64,000 bases of DNA from Octopus sinensis (lineage: Eukaryota): NCBI RefSeq assembly GCF_006345805.1, contig NC_043005.1:38440001-38504000 (forward strand). The letters are read 5' to 3'. This document shows, one piece after another, positions 1 to 13,255 of the stretch. Below the pieces are notes generated by a model. It ran no database searches. It saw nothing but the letters and a program-made list of their open reading frames with translations, and was not told the DNA's origin. The translations under genes and the position numbers were made by a program. Within the stretch, counting starts at the first letter, position 1; every line of letters begins with the position of its first letter.

Positions 1-1900
1 GGCGACAATTATTATGGATATCGTTTTCAATACTCACGTTCTTATCTCTAATTTTAGATCATTAAATATGGATAACTTCTACACTTCCTTTAAGCATACA
101 TAATCGTCTGTTAGGATTGATAAAACTTATCAATAGAGACTTCCTGTCCTGATGGTCTTTAACGACAATATCTGATCTGTAGTAAAGATTGTTTGCCAAC
201 ATAATATGGCAGTCCTGGCTTAGGACTAATGTTGCTGTAATTTAGACTCAGGAGACATCTCACGTTGTGAGATTACAAAATAGTAATTTTCTAATTTATA
301 AATCAGCGACTAGTTGTCACTTTGAAAACGATATATTTCGAACGGGAATTTGGCAGCGCTACCACTAGCCCAACAATTATTCTGTGCTGATGAAGGAAAT
401 AACCCAGAAGTCGCGATACACAGATATTGCTTTGAGCAGGGTGGGGATACTAGATTCCCTTGTTCGAAAATCTAAGGACACGGATCGTGTCGTATAGCCA
501 GCTGGAGACGATGTCTCCTGGGGCTAAATTACAGCAACATTAGTCCTAAACCAGGACTGCCATATTATGTTGGCAAACAATCTTTACTACAAAGTACTGT
601 TGCTGAATATCTCGCGTTGTGAGATTAGAAAGTAGTAATTTTCTAATATTTGATCTGTTTTAATCCCCTTGTTTCTGTGAATTGTCATATCCTTTTCTAG
701 TGAACATTTATAACATTACACTCATGTTGGACTTTATCAAACTAGTTCGTGTAATCAACCTAGACACATGATAGGTTCTTCCTGCATACCTTTTTTTCCA
801 CCCAGTACCATTATATTAATAAGGAACTAGTCAGTTGTTTCCTAAGTCTTAAACACAGACCTGTTTGCTCAATGTGAATAATATGATCATAATCTAAACT
901 GTAGATTATGATAATTTTAGATTCTAAAGGCTAGATCATCATACTGGACAATATTTAGAAAACATATAGTTCTGGTAGTTAGATGAGACTTCATTTACCA
1001 GCTTTGTCTTTCCAGTAAGAAGCTGCCATCCATTTATTTTCCTATTCTTCTAGCGTGTACTGAAAGTTGATATATCTGGCTGTGCAATATGTCAAAATAA
1101 AAATTGACTAGTGATTTTACATGTTAGAAAAGCTAAGGCTTTTCCTGTTAGCAAATTTGTTCAGAATAAACCTCAGATCACATATTATACTACTCACGTG
1201 GTTGATTGCTGTTTTAATTTCTTCACCTCGAAACATCAGCTATTTTTGTTGTATTAAAATTTCTTTTCAAAAATGGGCTTCCATACTATTTCTAGGTTTT
1301 CTTTAATAATATCTTATCGTATTATAATTTCCTATCATTTGTCCTTCTTTAGAGACTTCAGGGGATTATTTTCAAAAATCTAGTTCTGAAAGCCAGCACT
1401 GTTCAATAATTCTCTACTTTTTCAAATCTTTTAGCTAATCCGAATATTCTTTGTTTCAAGGATATAACCGTTTTTGCTAATTTCCTACATTATCCTTACT
1501 TAGTACAGAATCCTTTTTTTTATGGAAGGATTATCTTGTAACATCTAGGTTATCTTATTTGTTTCGTTGCGCAAGTTACCTATGCTATGTTCAATTTAGC
1601 CTTCCAGTATTCTATTCTATGCTGGTGATTTCTATCTCCTGTAAAAAGACACTGTTTATTTAACCCCGCACTTTCAATTGCTTAGAGAATACATTCAGAG
1701 ATAAGGCAATTTCACTTATATCAGTAAAATTTAAACATCTTGTGATGTCAAATTTCCTTATTACAATGCTTATAACAGCTTTTATTCTTCGTTGATCAAG
1801 AGTTCTTTTTTATTTATATTTATTGGCATCTGTACTTTGTTGATAACATTCAAACATCCTTAGAGTTTTGTGAAAGAGTTGTTTTTGTTCTTTCACATAG
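1..1900 (-). mobile_element. Degenerate Penelope-like retroelement (RT C-terminus, GIY-YIG endonuclease, rearranged 3' end)
   Basis: The minus strand at about 832-909 reads IIYSLDYDHIIHIEQTGLCLRLRKQ (GIY-YIG IY...YIGQTG.L..R pattern). A KNGY-like RT tail motif lies near 1465. Many stops; inverted and direct repeats at 179-647. Confidence 0.55.
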
Positions 1901-2119
1901 GTTATCATTGTTGTTGTTGTTGTAACTGTTGTTGTTGTAACTGGGTGGCTTCTTAGTGGAAAAGCAAAAATTGTTATCAAAAAGAGCAAGGAATATCTCA
2001 TCTAGCTATTGACATTAAGCCTTTCTGCCGAAGGACTGTCAGATATTTATTGCTGTCTCTAATAACACCCAACTAGTCTTCATTTAGCTCTATACTTGCT
2101 GCTCCTAATTTGGCTAGAA

Positions 2120-2400
2120 ATACTATTACTATGGTAATCCATCGGTGTCCGACGATGACAAAAGATTTTGGGGCTTCAGCGTTAGTCTTTTGTCTGGATT
2201 GAGGTGGACGCTGTCCTGTGACGTCTGATGTTGCTTATGAGGCTAGAAACCTCCACGTTGATCTGTCTGCGGCAGAGGCTTCAAGTTCGCGTGGACTAAT
2301 GTCGCTCCATTTGAGATCTTTTCAGGATGTCCTTACACCTCTGTTTAGTCCTTCCTTGTTTGTGTAACCCCTGTGTGAGCTCGCTGTACAGAAGCTGTCT
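2120..2400 (-). mobile_element. RTE-clade LINE 3' fragment
   Basis: The minus strand encodes ELEASAADRSTWRFLAS (typical RTE ORF end), then tcgtcggacaccgatggattacc and a short (AGT)n-like tail. Confidence 0.7.
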
Positions 2401-2786
2401 GAATATATGGCTGTCAGTCATTCTGTTGCTGTGATTAGAAATAAAAAAATCTAGAGAATTTACATAGAGGAAGAACTAGATTCATCTATTGCCATTTTCT
2501 CATTATTGTCGACGTGAAATCACAGCAGAAAGTTTCCTTAATGACATGTCAATTTAGGAGAAACTCTTGATTCTTGGGATTGCTTCGCCGTCTCGTTTCG
2601 TGTTGTTCAGAATTATAACAAGGCATTTGTTTACTCTTCTTCGATGTGACGCTAATTCCAGTAAATCAAAAATCTATTTTGTTTAGTATTCAATATACCA
2701 CAATATATGATTATAGCTCATATTCATGCCACTGGCATGAGCTGAGTTATTTCTCTTAGTTCGGTTTCGTTTAAATTATACATGGA

Positions 2787-2948
2787 CACAGGTGTGGCTG
2801 TGTGAGAAGAAGTTTGTTTCCTAACAACATAGTTCTGGGTTCAGTCCCACTGCGTTGTACCTTGGGCAAGTGTCTTCTACTAGAGCCTCGGGTTCAAAAA
2901 AGCCTTGTGAGTGGATTTGGTAGATGGAAACTGAAAGAAGCCCGTTGT
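2787..2948 (+). mobile_element. SINE family A, 5' half (tRNA-like head), followed by a TA/CA microsatellite
   Basis: gggttcagtcccactgcg...ttgggcaagtgtcttctac...gccttgtgagtggatttggtaga..gaaactgaaagaagccc, homologous to the copies at 15353 and 26251. Confidence 0.85.
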
Positions 2949-3029
2949 ATATATATATATATACACACACATACATACATACATATATACATATATATAC
3001 ATATACATACATATATATATATACACACA

Positions 3030-3127
<98 letters not shown>

Positions 3128-3149
3128 AACATAGTTGAAATTTATAGGA

Positions 3150-3300
3150 AAACAAAAGACGAAGACAGGTGTATGAAAAACAAGCAAGTGTATTAGGTTG
3201 ACGCTCGGGAAATATAGTAGTCTTTTACTTTTCGAGCAGACGCTCTTCAACAGAAAGAAATAAGAGAAAATAAACAGGGAGAGAATGAAAAAAACTCGTA
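3150..3300 (-). repeat. Penelope-derived short repeat (ctgttgaagagcg..gctcgaaa family); further copies at about 33480-33660 and 50180-50370
   Basis: The three copies share the tttcgagc...gctcttcaacagaaa-type motif and flanking purine-rich sequence; each lies close to a TA array. Confidence 0.55.
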
Positions 3301-3322
3301 GATTTCAGCGGTTCAGAATGGC

Positions 3323-3409
<87 letters not shown>

Positions 3410-3772
3410 ATAAATGACAGAGAAATAGCTTGATGGTATTTTATTTAACCATGAGAAAAATTGTAATATCACGAGAAATTGTTTCGTAGCGTAATAAAAT
3501 AATGTATATTATTCAATAATATATAAATTATTTACAGGTTTTTCAGTTACAAAATAACGTTGCGATATTAGAATTTTCTCAGTATTAAATGAAATTTCAT
3601 CAAATTATTTCTCTGCCATTTCTGACTTTATACACTCCTTATGGTTTTCTCTTGAATCGTATGATATATTCTATGTATTTTTAGGAATACTATTGGATTA
3701 GTTGAATCCATATATTGTGACTTTATATATATATATATATATATAGTTATAGATAGATAGATATACATATAT

Positions 3773-3957
3773 ATTGTTTAGACCCCCTTCGGTCATGACT
3801 GACCATGGGATTGCACCTAGAAAGCTACCTTTCCGGGCAAGGTTGTTTATGGAAAACCAGCAGTCGCCCATGCTTACTAGCCTCCCCTCTCCACGCCACC
3901 AGTGTTATCCAAGGGAAAGACAAAGAGGCCGATACAGCTTGGCACCTGTGACGTCGA
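3773..3957 (-). mobile_element. 3' part of a third SINE-like family (RTE-type tail)
   Basis: GC-rich block ccatgggattgcacctagaaag...ccagcagtcgcccatgc...gatacagcttggcacc between microsatellites; recognised as a cephalopod interspersed repeat. Confidence 0.5.
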
Positions 3958-3998
<41 letters not shown>

Positions 3999-4074
3999 CA
4001 TATAAATATGCACCACGCATACATACATACAAACAAACAAACAAACAGAATACAAACATGTGTGTGTGAGAGAG

Positions 4075-4285
4075 AGTATCTTTGTGTCTGTGTCTGTCCT
4101 CCATCACAGCTTGACAACTAGTGTTCGTGTGTTTGTGTTTACGTACCCCATAACTTTGTGGTTCAGCAAAACACACCGATAGAAAAGAAAATAAGTACTG
4201 GGACCGATTAGTTCGACTAAAATTCCTCAAGGCCGGTGCCCCAGTATGGCCGCAATCTAATGACTAAAACAAGTAAACGATAAGC
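4075..4285 (+). mobile_element. SINE family A, 3' half
   Basis: gcttgacaac...ggttcagcaaaa...gatagaa...ggcggtgccccagtatggccgcaatctaatgactaaaacaagtaaa, matching the family A tail. Confidence 0.8.
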
Positions 4286-4668
4286 AATAAATGACCCGAT
4301 GCCTTAAATGTTTCCTTCTCTCTTTCTATATGTCTAATAACCTCGTCTACTGGAATCTAGGTCGAATAACTGTCGTGCTGAAGACGTCTACTGAGTCAGA
4401 GACACAGAGCTACAGCTGTTCTCTTGCCTCCAGACAATCAAATTGTCTTTACATTAATAACGTGTAAATATCATAAAATTCTTGAGTCTAGAGGTTATCT
4501 CCCTTTCTCATTTCTAGTTGTCGCAATTGTCACAAGACATCTGTTCGTGTTTCATTCGAAGAGAAATTCATTTCAATATAACAGGTTTTTATCGTGTATG
4601 TTATTTCATAAAACTTTATTTGTCTTCACTTTTCGTGTTCTTGCCCCTGGCCATTTTTCTTAGTTGAT

Positions 4669-4711
<43 letters not shown>

Positions 4712-6086
4712 CACATATACACACATATTCATACATACACAGATACTGTTATATGTGAGTTATATATATATATATATATATGTATATATGTGTGTGTGTG
4801 TAATCTATCTATTTATCTCTCTCCTTCCCCTGTCTAACCCTCTCCCTTCCCTGTCTATTCCTCTCCTCTCTCTTTCCATCCCCTCTTTCTCACCCTCTCT
4901 CTATATATATTATGTACATATATGGATATGCATGTATGTATGTATGTATGTATGTATGTATGTATGTATGTATGTATGTATGTATGTATGTATGTATGGT
5001 CGAATCAAAGTAGAGAGAGCAGTATACATAGTCTTTATTAAAGCCTCCAATATAAGAGGGAAGATGTTAGGAAGCTGTTCTGACAAGAGAGGAAATCAAA
5101 AGACTTGTAACAGAGAGAGAACCGCTCTCTCTGATGGCAGTGTTAAACTGATCGTCGAGTTAAGACATCCATCCTGAAAACAGAATTGGTGTCTCCTATG
5201 TACTTCCATACAATTTTCCTTCTCACACAAGTCCTGAGTCTACACTTGGTTACCATAGGAGACATTTGCACAAAGTGATGCAGAGTTAGAATGAACCAGA
5301 AACCACGAAATTGCGAAACGAGCTTCTGAACTGCACAACCATACTTCTGTTCATAGGCTGATTTTTTCTTAAAAGATTAACTTGTCTGCAACCATCAAAT
5401 ATACATCAGTTTCACTTTTAAGCCTTCCATTTCCAAATCACACATCACTTTTTACATAGTTCAGTTATTTCTGAATTATCAGATATTAGTGATCTAGTAA
5501 CTTCATTTTCGATGCCATATTAACAACAACTGTTTGTACTATTTTCGATAGCAACTATCTTTTGGTAATTTTATATGTGGAAGACCTATATCTCAATGTT
5601 TGCGCTCTTAATGACAGCTTGTAAGTGCTGATCTCTAAATTATTTCACAGCTTACCTTGTTTATGTTGAAGTTTTTTTCTCTCTATTCTTGTTACATGAC
5701 TTAAATATTACTATAACTTCTAAATGAAAGATCTAAAATGTTGATACATAACATAGTTTTCTTATTTTAAAAAATGTTTAGTTTTTACTATTAATTTGGT
5801 CACTTATAATTTTCTTTCATTTGCAAATGATGTATTCTGTTTAATTCACCAACTTCTAAAGTTTTTCGTTAATGAAATTCGCACTTCCTTTAGAAAGGGT
5901 TTCCTGTTTTTTTTTCTTTTACACTTTTCTAAGAAAAGTTGAAATTTCTCACACCAGTATAGAAACCATTTGTATATTGAACGTAATAGAGAGATAGATA
6001 TACTATCTCTCAGTAACTCTCAATAAATAGATGGTTGTCGTCCATATGCAAAATAAATAAATAAGATAAACGAAGAAATAAATATT

Positions 6087-6340
6087 TAACAGGTGCAGGC
6101 AGAGGTGTATAGTTAAGAAGCTCATTGTACAACCATGTGGTTTCTGGTTCAGTCGCGCTGTGCAGCAACTTGGGTAAGTGTCTTTTACTATAGCCCCGAA
6201 CCGACTAATGCCTTGTGAGTCTGGTCGGCGAAAACTGTGTGGAAGACCGTGTATATTTGAGTGTTTATGCGTGTTTATTTGTGTGTATGTGTACGCATAA
6301 CTTTGTTTCCTCACCACCGCTTGACAGTCAATGTTGGTTT
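6087..6340 (+). mobile_element. SINE family A, degenerate copy
   Basis: ggttcagtcgcgctgtgcagcaacttgggtaagtgtcttttactatagccccgaaccgac..gccttgtgagt. Confidence 0.7.
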
Positions 6341-6484
6341 GTTCATTAGAGAATCTGCTTCTTACTTATCTTCTTTCTCTCTCCCCATCCTTCTCCTCGT
6401 CGTCCTCTTCATCACCGTTATAACTAACACTGTTACTGTTGTTGTTAACATAGGTTTCAAAAGTTGACACAAGACCAGCAAGTC

Positions 6485-6860
6485 CAGGGGGGCGGGGGAG
6501 TCGATTACTACAACCCCAGTACTCAACTGGTGCTTGTTTTATCGACCACGAAAGGATGAAAAGTAAAGTCGACCATAGCGGAATTTGAACTCGAACATAA
6601 AGACGGGCAAAGTGTCTCTAAGCATTTTGCCCGGTGTGCCAATGACTGCCAACATGCAGCCATAGTGTTGTTGTTGGTACAAAGCCAGCAAGTTCGGGGG
6701 AGGGCGTAAGTCGATTACATCCACTTCAGTGTACCTATTTTATCGACACCGAAAGGGTGAAAGGCAAAGTGGACCTAAGCGGAATTGAAATTCAGAAAGT
6801 AAAGAGGGATGAAATGCCGCTAAGCATTTTTCGCGGAGTACTAACGATTCTGTCAATGAG
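6485..6860 (-). mobile_element. Two tandem SINE family B copies
   Basis: Each carries the reverse complement of the core gagttcaaattccgc...gtcgactttgcctttcatcctttcg..gtcgataaa..agtaccag. Confidence 0.75.
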
Positions 6861-7596
6861 GTGTCATAGAGTTGGAGTTAATATTGATGTTGTGGACGTC
6901 ACCATATATAAATATATTTTCCACTTGTCTCTGAATTTGTTCTACAGACATCATCTTACGAACAAACTCCACTGATGCAAAACATCGAGACAAATGACCA
7001 CAAATGATCTGGCTGCACCGAGTTCGACAAGAAACTGTATTCTACGAAAAATAGTTCCAGTACAGACAGTAAAGTGGTTGGCATTATGAAGGGCATTCAA
7101 ATGGAGAAACTATGGCAAAACAGATATTGGAGCATGACGTAGTTCCCCAACCCGATGGACCGTGTCAACACGTCCTTCATATACTAGCATGTAAAGTAGA
7201 CACTAAAATAATTATCACATACATACATACATACATACATAAGTACGTACGTACATTCATACATAATTAGAAGATACATACATATGTACGCACATACATA
7301 CATATATATATATACATACATACATACATGTACTTACATTTTATATGTGTGCTTGTGCATGTATGTATGTGTGTTTGTGTCTTTTTCTATTATATATATA
7401 ATAGAAAAAGACAAACACACACACATACACTGCTTATAACTATAAATTTTTTTGTATAAAGTATAACCGATAATGGTTCTTTTAACACACCGAACTACTT
7501 CGTAAAATTATTAATTATTAATTGATTAATTAATTTTACCCTTTATTATTATTGATAATATATATATATAATATTATTAGGGCCTATATATATATA

Positions 7597-7645
<49 letters not shown>

Positions 7646-7678
7646 ATATATACATACATACATACATACATACATACA

Positions 7679-7727
<49 letters not shown>

Positions 7728-9284
7728 GATAGAAAACGATGGGATGACAGGTTTGAATCCAAATCACTACAATAGTTTCTGTGCATTAGCATTGGATGTG
7801 CTCGCTCTGAAAGTCACTCTCCCGATGACATGCAAGTATACAGCTTTTGATGGATCATATTTATGTAATAATATGTATAACGTGAAATACTCAGCAATTA
7901 ACAGCTGATGCTAATGCACAGAAACAACTGCAGTGCTTTGGATTAAAGCCTGTTCATTTTACATTGTGTTATAATTATTTTGTATGAATTCTGCATACGC
8001 TGAGGGATTTCCACATGTATATTCAGTAAAAGGAGAATTCCTGCTGTATGATTAGCATATGATAGTCGATGTCAGCAGCGCTTTGGAATGCACATCATAA
8101 TGTTATTACCCAGATGATATTAAATGTGTGCGTGTATGTGTGCGCGCGCCTGCATATGTCTGCGTGTGTGTGTGTGTGTATGTGTATGTATACACTAGTT
8201 GAGCACTTCATTCTCCTTGCACATGGACGCCATACAAATGCTAAACCTCAACAAAACTTAAATGCTCACATAACTGGGGATCTGCTGCTGCTACTGTTGT
8301 AAAAACAAATATCTTGATCAAAGAACCAAAAATTCGGTTGAATGGCTAAGATAAATTCACCAAATGGCTTCGACAATCAATATAAACAATCAGGCATGTT
8401 GTTTCTTCTCTCTGCATTTTCGATCGTTACAATAAAGGCCTATCTTGCCCTGAACACTAAAGCTTTATATTGCCTCCAGAAGAAAACCTGTTGCGCACAT
8501 CACTACTTGTATATCTCAGCCAGTTATTCCTCAGACACATTTTCTGTTATTTTTATCCTAGGCTCGTGGAACCATGTAACGATCCGACGAGAGAGGCCTC
8601 TGTGCAATCGATCGATTTTCAAATAATGGCGAATTCTCTTTTAAATCATACTATACCGCCTTAGAAAAAATGTAGAGATAGATTCGATGAAAAACATCAA
8701 GAAACCTAACCACTCTACTCTATCTTATTGAGTTAAACTACAACCCTATTCAAGCTTATTTGAACTGGTAATAACTTTGTATTTATACACATCACTGCTT
8801 AACACTCACACTCCGGAATTTATTTGCAGTGAGCCGCCGATTAGCGCTGCCAGTCATTTTACGGTGAGAGGCATATCATAAGAGCGACAGTCTCTCTTAT
8901 CAGCTCGCAGCACACCCTGTCCAGTTTCTATGGCTGAAGAAGAGACAATAACTCTGAAATGTTTGCATCCCACAGTCTGAGTAGGTGGCGTTGCGAGCTG
9001 ATTTTGGTGCATTTACACTATTTGTCTACATGGAGAAATTTTCTAATTGACAAAATGCAGTTAATGACTTTCTGTTGGGTTCCAATATGCCCCAAGCATA
9101 TTTGAACTGGTACTAACTTTGTATTTATATACATCAATGATTAGCGCGTATTCCCACAGTCCTAATCAATATTTATTACAGCAGACATTTATGTTCACTT
9201 TGCTTCACCGGATTGTTTTTGCTTATTTTAGTTTTTTCCGGAGATTTTCTATGATTTTTTCCCTTTATTATAAAAATAGAATAA

Positions 9285-9460
9285 GGCGGCGAACTAGCAG
9301 ACTCGTTAATGCACCGGGTAAAATATTTAGCGACATCCCGTCAATCTTTACGTCCTGAGTTCAAATTCCGCTGAGGTCGACTTTGCCTTCATATTTTCGG
9401 AATCGATAAAATAGGTACCAGATGGAACGAGTACAGGGGACGATGTAATCGACTAGCCAC
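9285..9460 (+). mobile_element. SINE family B copy (another degenerate copy at about 10080-10210)
   Basis: ggcggcgaactagcagactcgttaatgcaccgggtaaaata...ctgagttcaaattccgctgaggtcgactttgcc. Confidence 0.8.
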
Positions 9461-11386
9461 AAGAAAAAATATGTCAGGCCTAGTGCCTATGGTGGAAAGG
9501 ATTATAAAAATGGAATGGTCATGGCCGGAATATTTTTGTTCACATGTCTGCTCATACAGCTCTCATCAGGGGCTAAATACTACGGCAACCAGCAATAATC
9601 TGTTTATTTATTACGCTGTACTAGATTTCAAAACAATACTTTACATATGTAATACATACAAATACGACACCTGGTCGTCAGCAACCCAGTTGTAATGAAA
9701 TAACAAATTGGTAACACTTATCTAAGTAACGAGAATGTGAGAATCTTGGTGAAAGGTTAAACTATTGGTTGGTAAGAATTTCATTAGCTCGCAGCGTGGA
9801 GTTCAAATTGCTTTTATGGATAACGAGAAGCTTTTTTTCATGTATTATTCCTCAAAGAATTTGAAATTAACGTTTAGAAACTGCAATAGCATAAATAAAT
9901 AAAAATAAATAAATAAATAAATAAACCAGCGGAAAAGAAAGGAAAATGATTTTGTTCTTTCCGATATAAGAAAATAAATTTTGGTTTGGTGAGAAAGAGA
10001 TTTAAATTGCGCAAATAACATATTATTTTAGTGCAAAAAAAAATGCAATTCCTCGTAGTCATTTCGACACCAACCTAATTGGGATGCAGAAGAATTGGCT
10101 GAGTCGTTAGCGCATCAGAATTTTTTCGGCTCTGTATGCTCTGAGTTCAAATCCCGATCAGATCAACCTTGTCTTTAATATTTTTAGAGACGATAAAACT
10201 GAACCAGTCCGAAGCGTTGGATTGACGGGACTTTAAGAACGCTGAAGAGAATTCCTTGGAGTATTTGCCCCGGCTCTTTCCATCCCGAGTTCAAATTCCA
10301 CTTTGGCCCACTTGGGTGGTAGATTTAACCCGTCACCCGATTTAACACCTATACCGTGAGTGCTTTTAGCGGAATCCACTCTTTTGCAAGCATTTTTGTC
10401 AAGTTTCCGGTTTGAGAATACCTTCTTTCCTCCCACTAATCCTAGGGTTCCTGTAAAGAGTCATTGACTCTTCCCTCTTGACTAAAAAATAAACAAAGCG
10501 GTTTTCCAAACCCTTATGTGATTAAACATCGGGTTCAATAATTTGCGGTTTCTCCTTTTGCATTGTTATTTCTATTGAGTAAGCATCATGGGTATTTCAG
10601 CAGAATTTTAAATATATTCAGATTTCGATAGAGTTTAGTAAAATAATTAAACTTCTGTATTGGCGTAGTAGTGCTGACCAGGTGAAATTCGTGTAATGAA
10701 TAATTACACAAATTAAAATGAGATTTTGAGCGAAATTTTAAATTAAATATACGCACTTAAGTAAGGGCAGTCATAGGTGGGTTGATATAAAGTTTATCGT
10801 CATTTGTTTATTATTCTAAATGTATAGACATGATTAGAAAGCATGATGATATGAAAGTGTTTGGGATAAAGTCCCTTCATAGACTTGTTCTATAAATATA
10901 TATATATGATTGGAAGCGAGATGAATATCGTCACTGTAGTGACTCGCGAAAACGACAGAGACGTTTCACCTGTCTTGATGTTTGTCAATGCCGTGCACTC
11001 TGTTGTCACTTACTTCAAAGAAATTCGTTTCACGATATAGATGAAACAGTGGCTAAAACATTCACTGGCGTTGCAGATGCTTGCTGGGTTGTAGAAAAAT
11101 CTCGGTATATGCAAATGAAATAGCATTAAATTAAAATCACCACGTGTGTATCATACTAAATGTATACACACCGTTAGAAGATATGATGCTGCAGAAATGT
11201 CCGAGATAAAATCCCTTCATGGGTTTGTGCTAAAAACACTGTACATATCGGAGCGAGACGGGCATAATCTCACAAGAATGATGGATAAATTTCACCTTTG
11301 TTGAGGTGTGTCAATGTTGTGCAGCCGGTTGTCAAGTGCTTATTCCACCACATTCTGTAAAGAAGTAAAACTAAATAAATTCAATG

Positions 11387-11392
11387 TTTATT
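11387..11392 (-). promoter_or_regulatory. Candidate polyadenylation signal AATAAA for the polycystin-like gene
   Basis: Plus-strand tttatt at 11387-11392, about 70 nt after the stop and followed by T-rich sequence on the minus strand. Confidence 0.45.
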
Positions 11393-11461
11393 TCACGAAA
11401 AAAATCTAAAAATTGTTCAAAAAATTTCTTTATTTCTTCAGTTTACATTTCATTCCTCTCA

Positions 11462-11862
11462 TCAGTATATTTGGAAAATTACAATGATGACAACCTTTAT
11501 AGGTTCAAACAAAATAACATGCAAAATGATTCCGATCAAACTAAGTAAGGACCATTCTTTCACCGTGGGACCTTGTAGATCAGAGTTGCGGATACTTAGA
11601 ACGAGGAAACCAGTAACAATGATGACACCTATAGCAATTTGTAAATAACGTTTCGCACGATATGGGAGAACTTTATAGTCATCTTGAAAAAACACAGCCT
11701 CGTAATTAACGTAAAAATCCGCAAAATCGATCTCTACATCGAAGAAATGATAGGTGGATTGGTAAAGCATCGATAGTTCTCCTGGTTGTAGATTGAGTTT
11801 CTTCTCCATGGCGTCCATAAATGAGGGGATGTCATCTTCCTCTTCCGTTTTCGATGTAGTTT
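11462..11862 (-). CDS. Probable terminal exon of the same polycystin-1-like gene (TM4-TM5, then stop)
   Basis: Acceptor ttttttgtgtgtgcag|AA at 11862 (phase 1). Translation ...KVLPYRAKRYLQIAIGVIIVTGFLVLSIRNSDLQGPTVKEWSLLSLIGIILHVILFEPIKVVIIVIFQIY* matches the PKD1-family LP..TM4..W..TM5..(E/Q)P(L/I)KV signature. TGA at 11464-11462, with AATAAA about 70 nt downstream. Confidence 0.72.
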
Positions 11863-12087
11863 CTGCACACACAAAAAATATTACAGATTTAATTGTGAAA
11901 GAATTTATATTCAAAACTTACCGTATTTATTTCATGATTCTATTTAGAACCTTACAGAATAAGATTCAAATGAAAACACTTTCTGTGTACACACACACAC
12001 ACACACTCACACGCACACACACACACACACACACAACACACACACACACACACGCACGCACGCACACGCACACACACACACACATGT

Positions 12088-12400
12088 ATACGAGGGGGTA
12101 CCCAAAAGAAACCAGAATTTTGTAATATTATTTTACCCACTTAGTTTTACATGTTTACACTTTTATCGCCTTCAAAGTATTCTCCAGTTGAAGCAATGCC
12201 TCTTGCCAGAAGCATTTTCCACTGTTCGAAGCAATCCTGGAACACTTGCGAAGCGATGCCTTTTAACACCTCCGTCGTTTTTTTCTTCACCTCTTCCACG
12301 TCTGAAAACGTTTTCTCTCAAGAACATTTTACATTCGGGGGAACTAAAGAAAGTTGCATGGAGCAAGATCGGGTGAATAAGGAGGGTGGGTAACAAAAAT
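12088..12400 (-). mobile_element. Mariner transposon 3' end with terminal inverted repeat
   Basis: The minus strand encodes PPYSPDLAPCNFL...DVEEVKKKTTEVLKGIASQVFQDCFEQWKMLLARGIASTGEYFEGD (YSPDL motif and mariner C-terminus). It ends in a TIR (plus-strand tacgagggggtaccc) at a TA. Confidence 0.85.
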
Positions 12401-12509
12401 CCACTCACTGTTAGTAAAAGTTTCAAAAGCATACACATAATGTGGACGAATCTAACCACCAAGGTTAATTCAAGCATAAAACGATAAACTATTGGTGTCA
12501 AAATGTTGG

Positions 12510-13255
12510 CAAAAGGCCAGCAATTTCGTGGGGTTGGGGTAAGTTGATTACATTGATCTCAGTCTTCAGATGGTACTTATGTTATCGACCCCCAATAGAT
12601 GAAAGGCAAAGTGAATCTCGGTGGAACTCAGAAAGTGAAAACGGACGAAATACCGCTGAGCATTTTGTTCGGTGTGCTAACGGTTTTACCAGATCATGGC
12701 CTTTAAACAGTAAAATATTGGTTTCAGATTTTAGCACAAAGCAAACAATTTGTTGGGATGGATTAAGTCGAGTACATCGACCCCAGTGCTCAACCGGTTC
12801 TTATTTTTTTTTACCCCAAAAGTATAAAAGGCAGAGTCGACCTTGGCGGAACTTGGACTAAAAAACAGTAAAATATTAGCTAAATGAAGACACAATCAAC
12901 ATCTGCTTAACTTGACAAACGCCATACCAATAGCCAAACAAAGAAAGGACATGGAAGGTTTCTCTCTTGCCCTTTCTCTTCTCTCTCTCTCTCTCTTTCA
13001 CTTCCTCTCTCTCTTTATTTATATATGAGGGTATACTAAAAAATAGGCATATAATGCTTTCAACTACAGACCTGAAAATTTCGCGGGAAGGGACTAGTCA
13101 ATTACATCATCCCCAGTGTTCAGCTGGTGCTTATTTAATCGATTTCGAAAGGATGAAGGGCAAAGTCGACCTTGGTGGAATTTGAACTAAGAGACAGACG
13201 AAATGCAGCCAAGCAATTTTTCCGGTGCGCAAACGATTCTCCCAGCTCGCCGCCT
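12510..13255 (-). mobile_element. Cluster of three SINE family B copies
   Basis: The repeated motif gaaaggc/gggcaaagtcgacc..ggcggaatttgaact occurs at about 12600, 12830 and 13160. Confidence 0.75.

Noticed and set aside
10233-10480. GC-richer minus-strand segment with a strong acceptor downstream of the polycystin stop, considered as a further exon
   Set aside because: The phase-0 frame stops after six codons, part of the segment is SINE B sequence, and there is no channel-domain similarity.
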